From positions 1-64,000 of the forward strand of contig CANLTW010000001.1 of assembly GCA_947494155.1 (NCBI GenBank): a DNA stretch of 64,000 bases. Reading direction: 5' to 3'. The notes under the pieces are model-generated. The model saw nothing but the letters and a program-made list of their open reading frames with translations. It did no database searches and had not been told where the DNA came from. This stretch comes from Chlamydiota bacterium. Its GTDB lineage: Bacteria; Chlamydiota; Chlamydiia; Chlamydiales; RGXB01. Below, piece by piece: positions 29,196 to 39,463 of this stretch (position 1 is the first letter of the stretch; each line of letters starts with the position of its first letter). The position numbers and the translations under genes are program-made.

Positions 29196-30197
29196 TTAGA
29201 CCCTCTCAGCGGAACGTTTGGTTAATCTTAGACACTCTTCAATCGTGATGAGAACCTCTTGCAGGGTATTCTCCTCCAAGTCGGGGGAGAAACTTACATG
29301 AACCGCTGTGTATGCTTGGCTGTCCTCAAATCCGATTGAAGAGAGATGTCGATGCAAAGAGGGCCTTTGCCCTCCCCCTATTGAGGTGAAAATCCCACGC
29401 TGGCATAGCCAGTAAGATAAAAGCTCTCCATGAATCCCCGAAAAACCAAAGACAATAGTCCCCGGCTCGCGCTTTGCAGTCTTGAAAAAAATCTCCCCCC
29501 CCATAGACTCTATTGCTCTTTCAAAAAATCTGCGCAGATAAAGGAGTTGCATCCCCTCTTCCACCCGTCTGGCAAAGCACTCCTGAATCTCTGTAGCTGC
29601 AGCAAAAATTCTGTCTGGCTCTTTTGAACCAGATAAGGGATAGGTTCTAGGGACAAATAGAGCATTGTCGCATTGTATCGCTTCGATTTTTTCTGAGAAA
29701 TTTTGTAGGCCAAATAGAGCTTTCGTAAGCAGAAAAACAGGACAATGATTTTCACAGGCTAAAAGAATCTCCTCAACCGGTTGCTCCACACCCGTCATCA
29801 GATCAAATGGCTCAAAAAGAAAACCCATAGTTGTAGGATAGAAACTGTTTTTCAACTCCTCAAGATCGACCGTTCCCAAAGGGGTTAATGGTATCTGGTC
29901 AACTTGGATCCCCAAGGGGGCAAATTTTGCAAGTATTGCTTTGAAAGGAGAGCGAAGAGTGTCTAAAACGAGAAGATGGTTTTTCCCCTCGGCGAGCGCT
30001 TTTTCGTGGATAAGGGAAAGAATAAGCTGCATAAAAGCCTCCTCTTCCGATGAGAATACCTCGAACTTGAAGGGGTCAAGCTTCTCTTTACCCCTCTTGA
30101 AAAGGGTCTCAAGGGCTAATTTCGCCCTATCAATTAAATTTTTAGGCGCCCAGGGGGTTCTTAAATGGATAGCTTCAAAGCGATCAAGATGCATCAT
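29196..30197 (-). CDS. Degenerate NifS/IscS-like (aminotransferase class V fold) protein
   Basis: GTVDLEEL, MTGVEQPVEEI, GIHGELL, AVHVSFS; PLP-Lys and catalytic Cys motifs not recognisable. Confidence 0.75.
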   Translation of the reverse strand: MMHLDRFEAIHLRTPWAPKNLIDRAKLALETLFKRGKEKLDPFKFEVFSSEEEAFMQLILSLIHEKALAEGKNHLLVLDTLRSPFKAILAKFAPLGIQVDQIPLTPLGTVDLEELKNSFYPTTMGFLFEPFDLMTGVEQPVEEILLACENHCPVFLLTKALFGLQNFSEKIEAIQCDNALFVPRTYPLSGSKEPDRIFAAATEIQECFARRVEEGMQLLYLRRFFERAIESMGGEIFFKTAKREPGTIVFGFSGIHGELLSYWLCQRGIFTSIGGGQRPSLHRHLSSIGFEDSQAYTAVHVSFSPDLEENTLQEVLITIEECLRLTKRSAERV

Positions 30198-30202
30198 GAT
30201 GC

Positions 30203-30823
30203 TTAAATTTTAACAAACGCCCCATTTTTCATCTCGTAAATCCTTGGTTGCATCAAAGGAATTTCTAAATGAACTACGTCTTCATCGCTAATATGGTCTA
30301 AAATTTTCACAAGGGCCCTTAGGGAATTGCCGTGCGCAACAATCAAAACACTCTCATTTTCAGCGAGTTTAGGCTTCAGAGTTTTGTCTAAAAAATCTTT
30401 GACACGTATCTCTACATCAAATAAGGACTCTCCTGCGGGGGGACGATCTTTGTATCCTCGTCGCCACTTTAAAAACTGTTCTTTACCATATTTTTGTTGC
30501 GTCTCTTGCTTATTTTTCCCCTTTAGCTCCCCATAATCCCGCTCATCGATTCTTTTATCCTGAATTATGCGTATATCGATCCCCTCAGTTTGGTGAGCGG
30601 AAAAGCTAAAAAGCTTTTTTGACATCGCCAAAAGGAGGGCTGCTGTCATCTTGCAGCGAAAAAGAGTTGAGGTATAGACTACCGAAAAGGGGGGTATCGA
30701 ATCGGCTACACTCAAGGCTTGAAAAACCCCTGTAAGACTTAAACCAACGTCAATATCTCCTGTAAAACGGTTTTCTTTGTTCCACAAAGACTCCGCATGA
30801 CGAATTAAAATTAATTTTGACAA
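30203..30823 (-). CDS. gpmA: 2,3-bisphosphoglycerate-dependent phosphoglycerate mutase
   Basis: LIRHAESLWN, ERDYGEL, WRRGY, AHGNSLRAL. Confidence 0.93.
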   Translation of the reverse strand: MSKLILIRHAESLWNKENRFTGDIDVGLSLTGVFQALSVADSIPPFSVVYTSTLFRCKMTAALLLAMSKKLFSFSAHQTEGIDIRIIQDKRIDERDYGELKGKNKQETQQKYGKEQFLKWRRGYKDRPPAGESLFDVEIRVKDFLDKTLKPKLAENESVLIVAHGNSLRALVKILDHISDEDVVHLEIPLMQPRIYEMKNGAFVKI

Positions 30824-30999
30824 ACCTACCTCCCAGGATCCTTTACCCTTTTCCCAATTTAGTAAAAAAAAGGGGGCTTTAACCCACTCTAATTTATTCT
30901 CTTACCTTTAATCGTTAGACGGAAGGCGATTTTGTTGCAACTTTAGGTTGATCTACTATAAAATAGATCCCTTAGCAGAGCCTTTTAGGACTAAAACCC

Positions 31000-31695
31000 A
31001 TGACACAGCGTCTCAATACCTTTGTAGCCCGTTTTTACCCCACCTCTCGTCGTAAAGCCGAAGAGCTGATCTTCAACGGCCTAGTTGAAGTGAACGGAAT
31101 GATCCAAAAAGAGCCGTTTTTTCGCGTCGATCCCAAGGATAAGGTCCTGGTTGACAAACAGCTCATTAAATCGCGTAAACAAACCCTTTACTATGCTCTC
31201 AATAAGCCTAGAGGTTTTGTCTGCTCCGAAAGGCGTTTTAAGCAAGAAAAGCTTGTGACCGATCTTTTCCCTGCAACACAAGGGAGGCTTTTCACAATCG
31301 GAAGGCTCGATAAAGATAGCGAAGGCCTTATTCTTGTCACAAATGATGGTGCGTTTGCCAATAGCGTCTCTAGCCCTAAGTCGGGTGTCGAAAAGGAGTA
31401 TATTGTAAAAACTGTCCAAGAAATCAGCCATGAACATTTAGTTCAGCTCTCCAAAGGGGGATTTGTGGAGGGCTCTTATGTGCGCCCTAAATCGGTAATC
31501 AAAATCCGCAAAGGGACTACAAAAGTGATTCTCAAAGAGGGGCGTAAAAGGGAAATTCGCGTCCTTTTTCAAAAGGCCGGCCTCGAGATCGTTGAGCTCA
31601 AACGTGTGCGCATTGGAAATCTACAGCTAGGATCTTTACAACCCGGTCAATTCAAAGAATTGCTGGAGTCTGAAACACTTGCGATTATCTCTTAA
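31000..31695 (+). CDS. rluB: RluB/RsuA-family pseudouridine synthase
   Basis: S4 domain SRRKAEELI, GRLDKDSEGL, EGRKREIR. Confidence 0.85.
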   Translation: MTQRLNTFVARFYPTSRRKAEELIFNGLVEVNGMIQKEPFFRVDPKDKVLVDKQLIKSRKQTLYYALNKPRGFVCSERRFKQEKLVTDLFPATQGRLFTIGRLDKDSEGLILVTNDGAFANSVSSPKSGVEKEYIVKTVQEISHEHLVQLSKGGFVEGSYVRPKSVIKIRKGTTKVILKEGRKREIRVLFQKAGLEIVELKRVRIGNLQLGSLQPGQFKELLESETLAIIS

Positions 31696-31748
31696 CTCTT
31701 TTATCCTCTAAAAATGATCTAGAAGCGGATCTTTTTAGGATAATCCCT

Positions 31749-32426
31749 ATGCTCAAATTTTCTAAGATTTTTGGTAGCAACCCATTTAAGCTCTTAATGG
31801 CGCACATGCAAATTGTCTCGTCGAGTATGGAGAAATTGCAAGAAGCTATCGACTGCACACTTAATGGAAAATACCATGATATAGGTCCGATCGTTTCGGA
31901 GCTCTCCAAGATCGAATTTAACGCCGATTCACTTAAGCTGGAAATACGTAACAGTATAACTAGAGCCTTTTTTCCTATCATTCGAAAAGAGGACGTTTTG
32001 GAATTAGTGATTCTCCAGGATATGATTGCCAACAAAGCGTTAGAGGCCGGAAACGTGCTATCGTATAGAGAGCTCGAGATTTTTGAAACCCTAAAACCTT
32101 TATTCATAGATTACAATCAAAAATGTCTAGACGTGTTCCTCGACACAAAAAAGGTTGTTTTAGAGCTTACCGATCTTCTGGAAGCGAGTTTTGGGGGACC
32201 CGAGTTTGAACGGGTACGCAACATGGTGGAAATCACAGCGCACAAGGAGTACGAGTCAGATCTTCTACGACAGCGTTTGATGAAAGAGCTCTATGCAATA
32301 AGTGCTCACGACAAAAATTTTACCCTTTTTTACCAGACAAATAAATTTATAGAGACCCTTGGCCAAATTGCTCACGTTTGCGAAGGGCTCGCATTGAAAA
32401 TTCTTTTAACCCTAGATAAAAATTAA
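31749..32426 (+). CDS. DUF47/PhoU-like phosphate transport regulator
   Basis: FGSNPF, EFNADSLK, EYESD; directly upstream of pit. Confidence 0.85.
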   Translation: MLKFSKIFGSNPFKLLMAHMQIVSSSMEKLQEAIDCTLNGKYHDIGPIVSELSKIEFNADSLKLEIRNSITRAFFPIIRKEDVLELVILQDMIANKALEAGNVLSYRELEIFETLKPLFIDYNQKCLDVFLDTKKVVLELTDLLEASFGGPEFERVRNMVEITAHKEYESDLLRQRLMKELYAISAHDKNFTLFYQTNKFIETLGQIAHVCEGLALKILLTLDKN

Positions 32427-33847
32427 TGCCTTTAGAAATTGCCTTTGTAGCTTTTGTCCTTATAGTTGGTTTTTACATGCTCTGGAACATCGGTGCAAAC
32501 GATGTTGCAAACGCGATCGGAACCTCTGTGGGATCGGGCTCTTTGTCTATGAAAAAAGCGATTTTTGTTGCCGCTATTTTTGAGTTTTTAGGAGCGGCTT
32601 TTTTTGGCTCTCATGTTTCAAAAACCATCCAGGGGGGGTTAATCGACTCCACCGACTTTATTACTGACCCCAACACGATTGTTGTGGGGATGTTAAGTGC
32701 TCTGTTAGCTACTTCAATCTGTTTACAAGGGGCCAACTTAAAGGGCTGGCCTATCTCTACCACTCATGCTATTGTTGGGGCAATTGTGGGATTCGGCCTT
32801 GTAGCAGGCGGATTGGATGCGGTTAACTGGGGAATTATCGGCGCCATCGTCTCAAGTTGGATTATCTCCCCATTGATAAGCGCCATCACGGCTTTTTTCT
32901 TCTTCAAAATCGTACAAAAATACATCCTTTTTGCCCGACACCCGATTTTAGCAACAAAACGCCTCTTCCCATTTTTTGTTTTTATTGTGACTTTCACTTT
33001 TTTCACCACTATTCTGATGGGCCGATTTGAAGGGGACAACTCCTACCTTTATGCTTTTCTTATCTCCAGCTTTTTAGGAGTTCTATCTTTCATAGGATTG
33101 AGATTTTGGCGCCCCTCCTCTTCAGATGATTTTGAGGAGCAATCGGTGCATCAACAAAAACTCGAAAGCTTGCAAGAGGCATTAAAAAATCTCAAACTTG
33201 CACAACTCTTTGCTTCAGAATTCGAAAGCCCCGAAGTCCAGAAACTTGTGGATAAAACTAAAATGCTCACAAGGGAAGTGAGAAAAAAATCGAATATACG
33301 AAGCCCACTCACGCACGATTTCAACGTGGTGGAAAAACTCGTGAGCTTTTTACAAATTCTTTCTGCATGCTGTGTAGCCTTTGGACATGGAGCAAATGAT
33401 GTTGCGAACGCTGTGGGTCCGGTTGCCGCAATCTTTAAAATTCTCTACACCCCTGAATCCATCTCTAATCCAACACCAATCCCTTTCTGGCTTCTTGTTT
33501 TTGGCGGATTCGGTATTGTGATTGGGCTGGCTACTTTTGGCTGGCGCGTTATAGAAACCATCGGAAAAAAAATTACAGAGCTCACCCCGACAAGGGGTTT
33601 TTGTGCCGAATTCGGAGCCGCAGCCACAATTCTAGTTGCCTCAAAATTAGGGGTGCCTATCTCTACAACCCATTGCCTTGTTGGGGCTGTTTTAGGGGTC
33701 GGTTTTGCTAGAGGTCTTGCCGCTTTAAACCTCTCGATGATCAAGGATATCGGCTTTTCCTGGCTCATTACAGTACCGTCTAGCGCCTTTTTATCCATGG
33801 GGATTTTTCTTATTTTCCATCTTATAGCACAACAGTTCGGATTATAA
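32426..33847 (+). CDS. Inorganic phosphate transporter, PiT family
   Basis: Two GANDVANA motifs, PISTTH. Confidence 0.95.
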   Translation: MPLEIAFVAFVLIVGFYMLWNIGANDVANAIGTSVGSGSLSMKKAIFVAAIFEFLGAAFFGSHVSKTIQGGLIDSTDFITDPNTIVVGMLSALLATSICLQGANLKGWPISTTHAIVGAIVGFGLVAGGLDAVNWGIIGAIVSSWIISPLISAITAFFFFKIVQKYILFARHPILATKRLFPFFVFIVTFTFFTTILMGRFEGDNSYLYAFLISSFLGVLSFIGLRFWRPSSSDDFEEQSVHQQKLESLQEALKNLKLAQLFASEFESPEVQKLVDKTKMLTREVRKKSNIRSPLTHDFNVVEKLVSFLQILSACCVAFGHGANDVANAVGPVAAIFKILYTPESISNPTPIPFWLLVFGGFGIVIGLATFGWRVIETIGKKITELTPTRGFCAEFGAAATILVASKLGVPISTTHCLVGAVLGVGFARGLAALNLSMIKDIGFSWLITVPSSAFLSMGIFLIFHLIAQQFGL

Positions 33848-33919
33848 TTTTTTTTACACTTATAGCTTGTTTTACCAAAAGAATTGGTTAAAAATCCCCA
33901 AATCCTTTAGTAGGGAAGA

Positions 33920-36499
33920 ATGAGCCCTTCAAAAGAAACAATCGCCAGCAACGTCCAACATATACGACAGGTTGCCCTAATAGAATTTGGACAACCATTT
34001 GAGGAACTTAGTATTCGGGAAAAGGCCGAGGTGATTGCAATCGCAGCTCGGGAAGAGGTGTTAGTACGCCAAGCTGCTACCCAAAAGACATACCAAAAAG
34101 AAAAACCAAAAAAGCTGTACTATCTATCTTTGGAATACCTCCCTGGCGTTTGGACTTTAATGAACGTAATAAATGTTCTTCAACTTGAGAATCTTAAGGA
34201 AGTGGCTAAAATCCTTAATTTTTCTATAAATGACCTCGAGGAGGCTTACATAGACCCAGCTCTAGGAAACGGTGGCCTGGGGAGACTAGCCTCCTGCTTT
34301 TTGGATTCGCTTGCCACCCTTAATATGCCTGCTATCGGCTACGGTCTGCTTTACGAGTACGGAATTTTTAAACAAGAGATCATTTACGGTACCCAAATCG
34401 AGACAGCAGAAACTTGGCTTGACAGACGAAACCCTTGGATTCGGTTTGATCCAAATAGTTCCGCAAAAGTCCAGTATAATGGAGATCTTCGCGAATCGAG
34501 AAACAAATCTGGAGAGGTAACGTACTCTCTAGCGAATTACGACGAGGTCAATGCCCAGTGCTTTAGTATCCCCACAGTTGGTTACGGGGAGTATGCAGGG
34601 GTAAATCTTCTGAAGCTTTTTTCGACCAAAGCTATTTCTTCAAACTTCAAAATTATCTCTTTTTCCGCTGGTGACCTAGCCGCAGCGACCAAGTTTACCC
34701 ACATCACCTCGGTTCTCTATCCGTCGGACGCTGTCGAGCTTGGGAAAGAGTACCGGCTCATGCAAGAGTACTTGCTCGTATCTGGTGCAATTCAAGATAT
34801 TTTCAGAGATTTTTTTAGCAATTATACTGATCTTTCCCTGATGAAAGATAAGGTCACTATTCAACTTAACGACACCCACCCGGCTATTGCCTGTGCAGAG
34901 CTCATAAGAGTTCTTGTTAGAGAGTATCACACAACGATTCCCTTAGCATGGGATATCGCCTCTCACTGCCTAAACTATACAAATCACACTATATTGCAAG
35001 AGGCTTTGGAAAAGTGGGACGAGCCCCTTTTTAGAAGGCTTCTACCTCGCCAGCTCAGAGCAATAGAATTAATCAATCAATTTATCTGTGACCAAGTACG
35101 CCAAAAATTCCCCTATAACGAGGATTTGATTCGTCAAATCTCGATTATTCAGGACAATAAAATACACATGGCAAGACTTTGTTGCCATGTCTGCAATAAA
35201 ATTAACGGTGTTGCAAAGCTCCACTCCGAACTAATCAAAGAGACTATCTTTAAACCTTTTGCTAAGCTCTATCCAGCTAAATTCACCAATGTTACGAATG
35301 GGGTAACCTTCAGACGCTGGGCTTTAAAATGTAATCCAGCACTAGCCAAATTTTTTGATGATATGATCGGCCCAGGATGGGTTACAGACTACAAAAAATT
35401 TACTGAACTCAGAAAATTTGCTAATGACCCCCAAACTAAATCCCGATTTGCCGCCATCAAGGAGGAGGCTAAAGCCAACCTGCTCCAGTATTTAGCCAAG
35501 AACCGTATGAAAAAAGAAGGGAGTGATGATGCACTATGGGCAAACGTATTTCATCAAAACAAAGTGCCCGAAAAAGGGGTCTTTTTTGACTTGCAAATCA
35601 AAAGATTACACGAGTACAAGCGGCAGATGATGAATGCCTTGCACTTGATGCTTTTGATGAAAGAGATCAAGGAAAAATCCTACATCCCCCCCGTAAAAAA
35701 ATTCTCTATTTTTGCCGGCAAATCGGCCGCCTCGTATACCTTGATGAAGGATTTGATACGTCTTATTTGTGCCATTTCCAGACATATCAATAATGACTCG
35801 GACGTGAGCGCCCATCTAAAATGTATTTTTGTTCCAAACTATAATGTTAGCCTTGCCGAAAAACTCATACCTGCTGCCGATACCTCCCAACAAATCTCGA
35901 CTGCTGGATTCGAAGCCTCGGGAACCTCTTTATTTAAGTTTTGCCTTAATGGCGGACTTCTAGTGGGAACTTTGGATGGGGCTACCATAGAGCTCAAAGA
36001 GGAGGTAGGAGAAGCCTACTTCCCATTCATTTTTGGCGCTACAAAAGATGAGATTTTTGACAAGATTGCCAACCACAGCTATCACCCCCAAACACTTGTC
36101 AATGAGAATCCCCAGATCCGCTGGTTGATCGACACCCTACGCTCCGATTTACTAGCGTCCTATCCGGAGGAACGTGAAGCATTTTCTCGAATTGCAAATT
36201 ATCTGGAAAATTCGGATAGCTACTTCACCCTTCTCGATCTCCCTCACTACCATGAGATGCAAAAAGAGTGTCTCAAAGCCTACTGCGATAAAGATAAATG
36301 GAACCATCTTGCACTTATGAATATTGCAGGGGTAGGAAACTTCTCCTCTGATAGAAGTATTGAAGATTATGCCAAAGAAATTTGGGATATAAAAAGTGTA
36401 CCGATGGATAAAAATATTCTTTCAGGGATCAGGGACATTTTTGTGTTTAACGACAAATGTTCTATCGATCTCAACATCTTTAAAGATGTCAAGGATTGA
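33920..36499 (+). CDS. glgP: Glycogen/maltodextrin phosphorylase
   Basis: LGNGGLGRLASCFLDS, QLNDTHP, YTNHT, KRLHEYKRQ, EASGT. Confidence 0.96.
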   Translation: MSPSKETIASNVQHIRQVALIEFGQPFEELSIREKAEVIAIAAREEVLVRQAATQKTYQKEKPKKLYYLSLEYLPGVWTLMNVINVLQLENLKEVAKILNFSINDLEEAYIDPALGNGGLGRLASCFLDSLATLNMPAIGYGLLYEYGIFKQEIIYGTQIETAETWLDRRNPWIRFDPNSSAKVQYNGDLRESRNKSGEVTYSLANYDEVNAQCFSIPTVGYGEYAGVNLLKLFSTKAISSNFKIISFSAGDLAAATKFTHITSVLYPSDAVELGKEYRLMQEYLLVSGAIQDIFRDFFSNYTDLSLMKDKVTIQLNDTHPAIACAELIRVLVREYHTTIPLAWDIASHCLNYTNHTILQEALEKWDEPLFRRLLPRQLRAIELINQFICDQVRQKFPYNEDLIRQISIIQDNKIHMARLCCHVCNKINGVAKLHSELIKETIFKPFAKLYPAKFTNVTNGVTFRRWALKCNPALAKFFDDMIGPGWVTDYKKFTELRKFANDPQTKSRFAAIKEEAKANLLQYLAKNRMKKEGSDDALWANVFHQNKVPEKGVFFDLQIKRLHEYKRQMMNALHLMLLMKEIKEKSYIPPVKKFSIFAGKSAASYTLMKDLIRLICAISRHINNDSDVSAHLKCIFVPNYNVSLAEKLIPAADTSQQISTAGFEASGTSLFKFCLNGGLLVGTLDGATIELKEEVGEAYFPFIFGATKDEIFDKIANHSYHPQTLVNENPQIRWLIDTLRSDLLASYPEEREAFSRIANYLENSDSYFTLLDLPHYHEMQKECLKAYCDKDKWNHLALMNIAGVGNFSSDRSIEDYAKEIWDIKSVPMDKNILSGIRDIFVFNDKCSIDLNIFKDVKD

Positions 36500-37196
36500 T
36501 TTCCCATCTATTTTTAATCGCCTCGATCAACCCTTCCTTATTCATCCTCTCCAACTCATTAAATACTTGGGCGATCTTCTCGTTCGTATTTAATCCGATA
36601 AAGCTGAAATTGCGGTCGGTTATCTCCTGTTTGTGAATAGTAAAATCTGTTTCAAAAAGCCTAAAGAATCCAACAGGTGCCAGCAATGCAGAGCAACTCG
36701 ATTTCGAGAGTTGCAAAAAACCATCCCTTTCATCGATGTAGAAGCCAAAATCGACCCTGGGATATCTGGCAATCAATACGGTCGCCTCTTCATTATTAAG
36801 TAAAAGAACTCGTCTCGTATCTAAATCTTTTAATCCTCTTCTATCCTCTTTATTTGTAACAAGGTAGTAGCCGTTGTATAAAAGCGGTTCCGAGAATCGG
36901 AATTGCTTTTTCATCATGATCGACTGATGCAAATCGGAAAAAATAAGATCCACCTTTTTTTTGATCAAAAGGTCTTGCAGAGACTCTGGGAATGCAGGAA
37001 CAAGCTCCACCGAAAACCCCAATTTTTTTTCTAAGTGGAGGAGAATTTCGTCAAAAAAACCCTTCATTCGTACCGTCTGCATCGTTTGCGAAAAATATCC
37101 TGAATCAAAAGCTACCCTTATTGGAGGGGCATTTTTTGTCCCGGAACAACTATAAAAAGAAAAAAAAACAAGAGAAAACAGGATGGCTCTAAACAT
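36489..37196 (-). CDS. Family 3 (polar amino acid) substrate-binding lipoprotein
   Basis: Lipoprotein-like signal (FYSC), GFFDEIL, FRFSEPL, IEAIKNRW. Confidence 0.75.
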   Translation of the reverse strand: MFRAILFSLVFFSFYSCSGTKNAPPIRVAFDSGYFSQTMQTVRMKGFFDEILLHLEKKLGFSVELVPAFPESLQDLLIKKKVDLIFSDLHQSIMMKKQFRFSEPLLYNGYYLVTNKEDRRGLKDLDTRRVLLLNNEEATVLIARYPRVDFGFYIDERDGFLQLSKSSCSALLAPVGFFRLFETDFTIHKQEITDRNFSFIGLNTNEKIAQVFNELERMNKEGLIEAIKNRWEINP

Positions 37197-37340
37197 GTCT
37201 TAAAGTATACGACAAACCGATTTAACCTTACATGTCAATCAACTGTTGCATAATAAATCAAAACAGATCAAATGAGAAAAAATCGAGATGGTGTTAAACT
37301 ATCCATCGCCATATTCGAGAAAAAGTATTTGGAGATAAGA

Positions 37341-38213
37341 ATGAAGCCACGCCTTTATAGATTTTTGCACCTCTTTCTCTTCCTTTTTCTTTTAGGTTGT
37401 GACAACAAAAACGAAATCGTTTCTAACCTTGATGAAAGAGAAGCTAATTTAATTGTAGTTTTTTTAGAGAGTAAAGGGATCTCTGCAACCAAGGAGATGA
37501 TGCCCATTGCTGCTGGTGCTGATGGGGGTGCTACAGCTAAATATAACATTGTCGCCTCTCGCGAAAAAGCAATCGAAGCGATGACATTGCTCAATCAAAA
37601 TGGTTTACCAAAAAGAGTCGGTCCTAACCTTCTCGAACTGTTTGCTCCTTCCGGTTTGATGACTTCAGATAAACAAGAAACTATTCGTTATCAGGCGGGC
37701 CTTGCACAACAAATCCAAAATACGATCATGATGATTGATGGGGTAATTGATGTTTCTGTGCAAATCTCTTTCCCCCCTGCTGAGGCCACAGAACCAACAA
37801 ATCGCATTACTGCAGCCGTTTTCGTAAAACACCAAGGGATTATCGACGATCCCAACAGCCACCTCGAATCCAAAATCAAACGACTTGTTTCAGGTAGCGT
37901 GAACGGACTGGAGATCAACGATGTTACCGTAGTTTCCGATCGCTCAAGGCTAAATGATATTTCGACTGTTTCAGATCAGGGAAAGTTTGCACAAGATTTT
38001 GTCCAAGTCTGGTCAATCACCATGACAAAAAGATCCTTGGGAGTATTCAGATTCATTTTTGGGTTTCTTCTAACTTTGTTTGTCCTCTCCTTGTCTCTTC
38101 TTGGCTGGATCCTTTACAAAGTCTATCCTCTTATTCGCGATAACGGCGGTTTTAAAGAACTTTTGATCCCCCTCCCCGTGATAAAAAAGAAAGAGGAGTC
38201 GCCCCATCAATAG
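37341..38213 (+). CDS. sctJ: T3SS inner-ring lipoprotein SctJ/CdsJ
   Basis: Lipobox LLGC, EREANLI, NGLPK, IDGVIDVSV, KIKRLVSGSV; GGAG RBS before ATG 37341. Confidence 0.95.
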   Translation: MKPRLYRFLHLFLFLFLLGCDNKNEIVSNLDEREANLIVVFLESKGISATKEMMPIAAGADGGATAKYNIVASREKAIEAMTLLNQNGLPKRVGPNLLELFAPSGLMTSDKQETIRYQAGLAQQIQNTIMMIDGVIDVSVQISFPPAEATEPTNRITAAVFVKHQGIIDDPNSHLESKIKRLVSGSVNGLEINDVTVVSDRSRLNDISTVSDQGKFAQDFVQVWSITMTKRSLGVFRFIFGFLLTLFVLSLSLLGWILYKVYPLIRDNGGFKELLIPLPVIKKKEESPHQ

Positions 38214-38298
38214 AGAACTTTTAACCCTTAAATGGTTACTGGGGCGCGATGAGGGCCCCTTAAAGTTTTTAGACGAGTCCACAAGAAAGGAGCTTAAA

Positions 38299-38841
38299 AT
38301 GCTGCCGATTATGGAACACACCCCACCCACACCCTACGATTTGATGGATCTGGAACCTTTGCAAAAAGAATTTTTTATCAAAATGCAACCCCATCTCCCC
38401 TCACCCTACTTTCTGACCAAAGATCCCTTAAACCGTTTAATCACCCTATCTGAAGAGCAACTACATCTCATTTGCCGCTTTTTAGGCCTTTATGATCTCT
38501 TTGACGAAATAAAACATGTCGTGCGCACCGACATCTTCCAGTCCCTCAAACAGTCTCTGTCACTCAAAGAGCTCCAATTTCTGGAGTCATGCCGCTCACA
38601 GGAAAATCCGGTACAACTCCCAAGCATGCACATCAACGCTTGGGATCTTAAAAAAGAGAGCCTAGATAGAGCCCTTTTTGACAGGGGAAAAACACGATTA
38701 AGAGGGGCGCTATCTACAGCTTATGAGACTCTCTTTTCCTTTATCCCCGCCATCTTTATGCCTCCACAGAAGAAACCCCAAAAAGAGATAACTGACATCC
38801 TTCTCAAACAACTCGAAACCGTTCTAAATAGGGCTTTATAA
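38299..38841 (+). CDS. T3SS SctK-like protein (true start possibly 38206)
   Basis: Located between sctJ and sctL as in the chlamydial cluster; FLGLYDL motif; frame open upstream to 38185. Confidence 0.7.
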   Translation: MLPIMEHTPPTPYDLMDLEPLQKEFFIKMQPHLPSPYFLTKDPLNRLITLSEEQLHLICRFLGLYDLFDEIKHVVRTDIFQSLKQSLSLKELQFLESCRSQENPVQLPSMHINAWDLKKESLDRALFDRGKTRLRGALSTAYETLFSFIPAIFMPPQKKPQKEITDILLKQLETVLNRAL

Positions 38842-38842
38842 C

Positions 38843-39463
38843 ATGTTGCAAATCTCCAAACAGCGCCCATTTAAAATCCAAGAGGGGCAAAAAATTATCA
38901 GCCATAAGGAATGGCAAGAGCTTTTAACTCTCGATCGGTTAATTCTACAAGCGGAAAAAGAGCTTAAAGAGGCTCATGAACAGCTCGCTTTAGATCGTAT
39001 AGAAGAGGAAAAAAAGGGGTTTTCAGAAGGGTTTGAAAAAGGGGAGCACACCTTTTTTGCCCATTTAAAACTTTTTGAAGAGAAACTCCGTGAATTGCGT
39101 TTGGAAATGCAAAGATCTGTACTCCCTTTGGTTGTTAAAACAACAAAAAAAATTGTTGCAAAAGAGCTTGAAATCGCACCCGAAACTATTGTGGATATTG
39201 TCAACGATGCCATAAAACCGGTTCTGACGTCGAAAGTAGTCCGCATTTTTGTGCGCAAAGAAGATTTTGCAATGCTCGAAAAAGAGAAGCCCCACATCAA
39301 GGCCCTTTTTGAGGCAGCCGAATCTTTCACAATTGGCATGAAAGAGGATTTAGAACCCGGATCTTGCCTCATTGAAACCGATAAAGGGGTGATCAACTCC
39401 ACCATAGATCTAAAAATTAAAGCACTAGAATCCGCATTTGAACGATTTGGACCCCCCACATGA
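38843..39463 (+). CDS. sctL: T3SS stator SctL/CdsL (FliH family)
   Basis: KKGFSEGFEKG, PGSCLIETDKGVI. Confidence 0.9.
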   Translation: MLQISKQRPFKIQEGQKIISHKEWQELLTLDRLILQAEKELKEAHEQLALDRIEEEKKGFSEGFEKGEHTFFAHLKLFEEKLRELRLEMQRSVLPLVVKTTKKIVAKELEIAPETIVDIVNDAIKPVLTSKVVRIFVRKEDFAMLEKEKPHIKALFEAAESFTIGMKEDLEPGSCLIETDKGVINSTIDLKIKALESAFERFGPPT

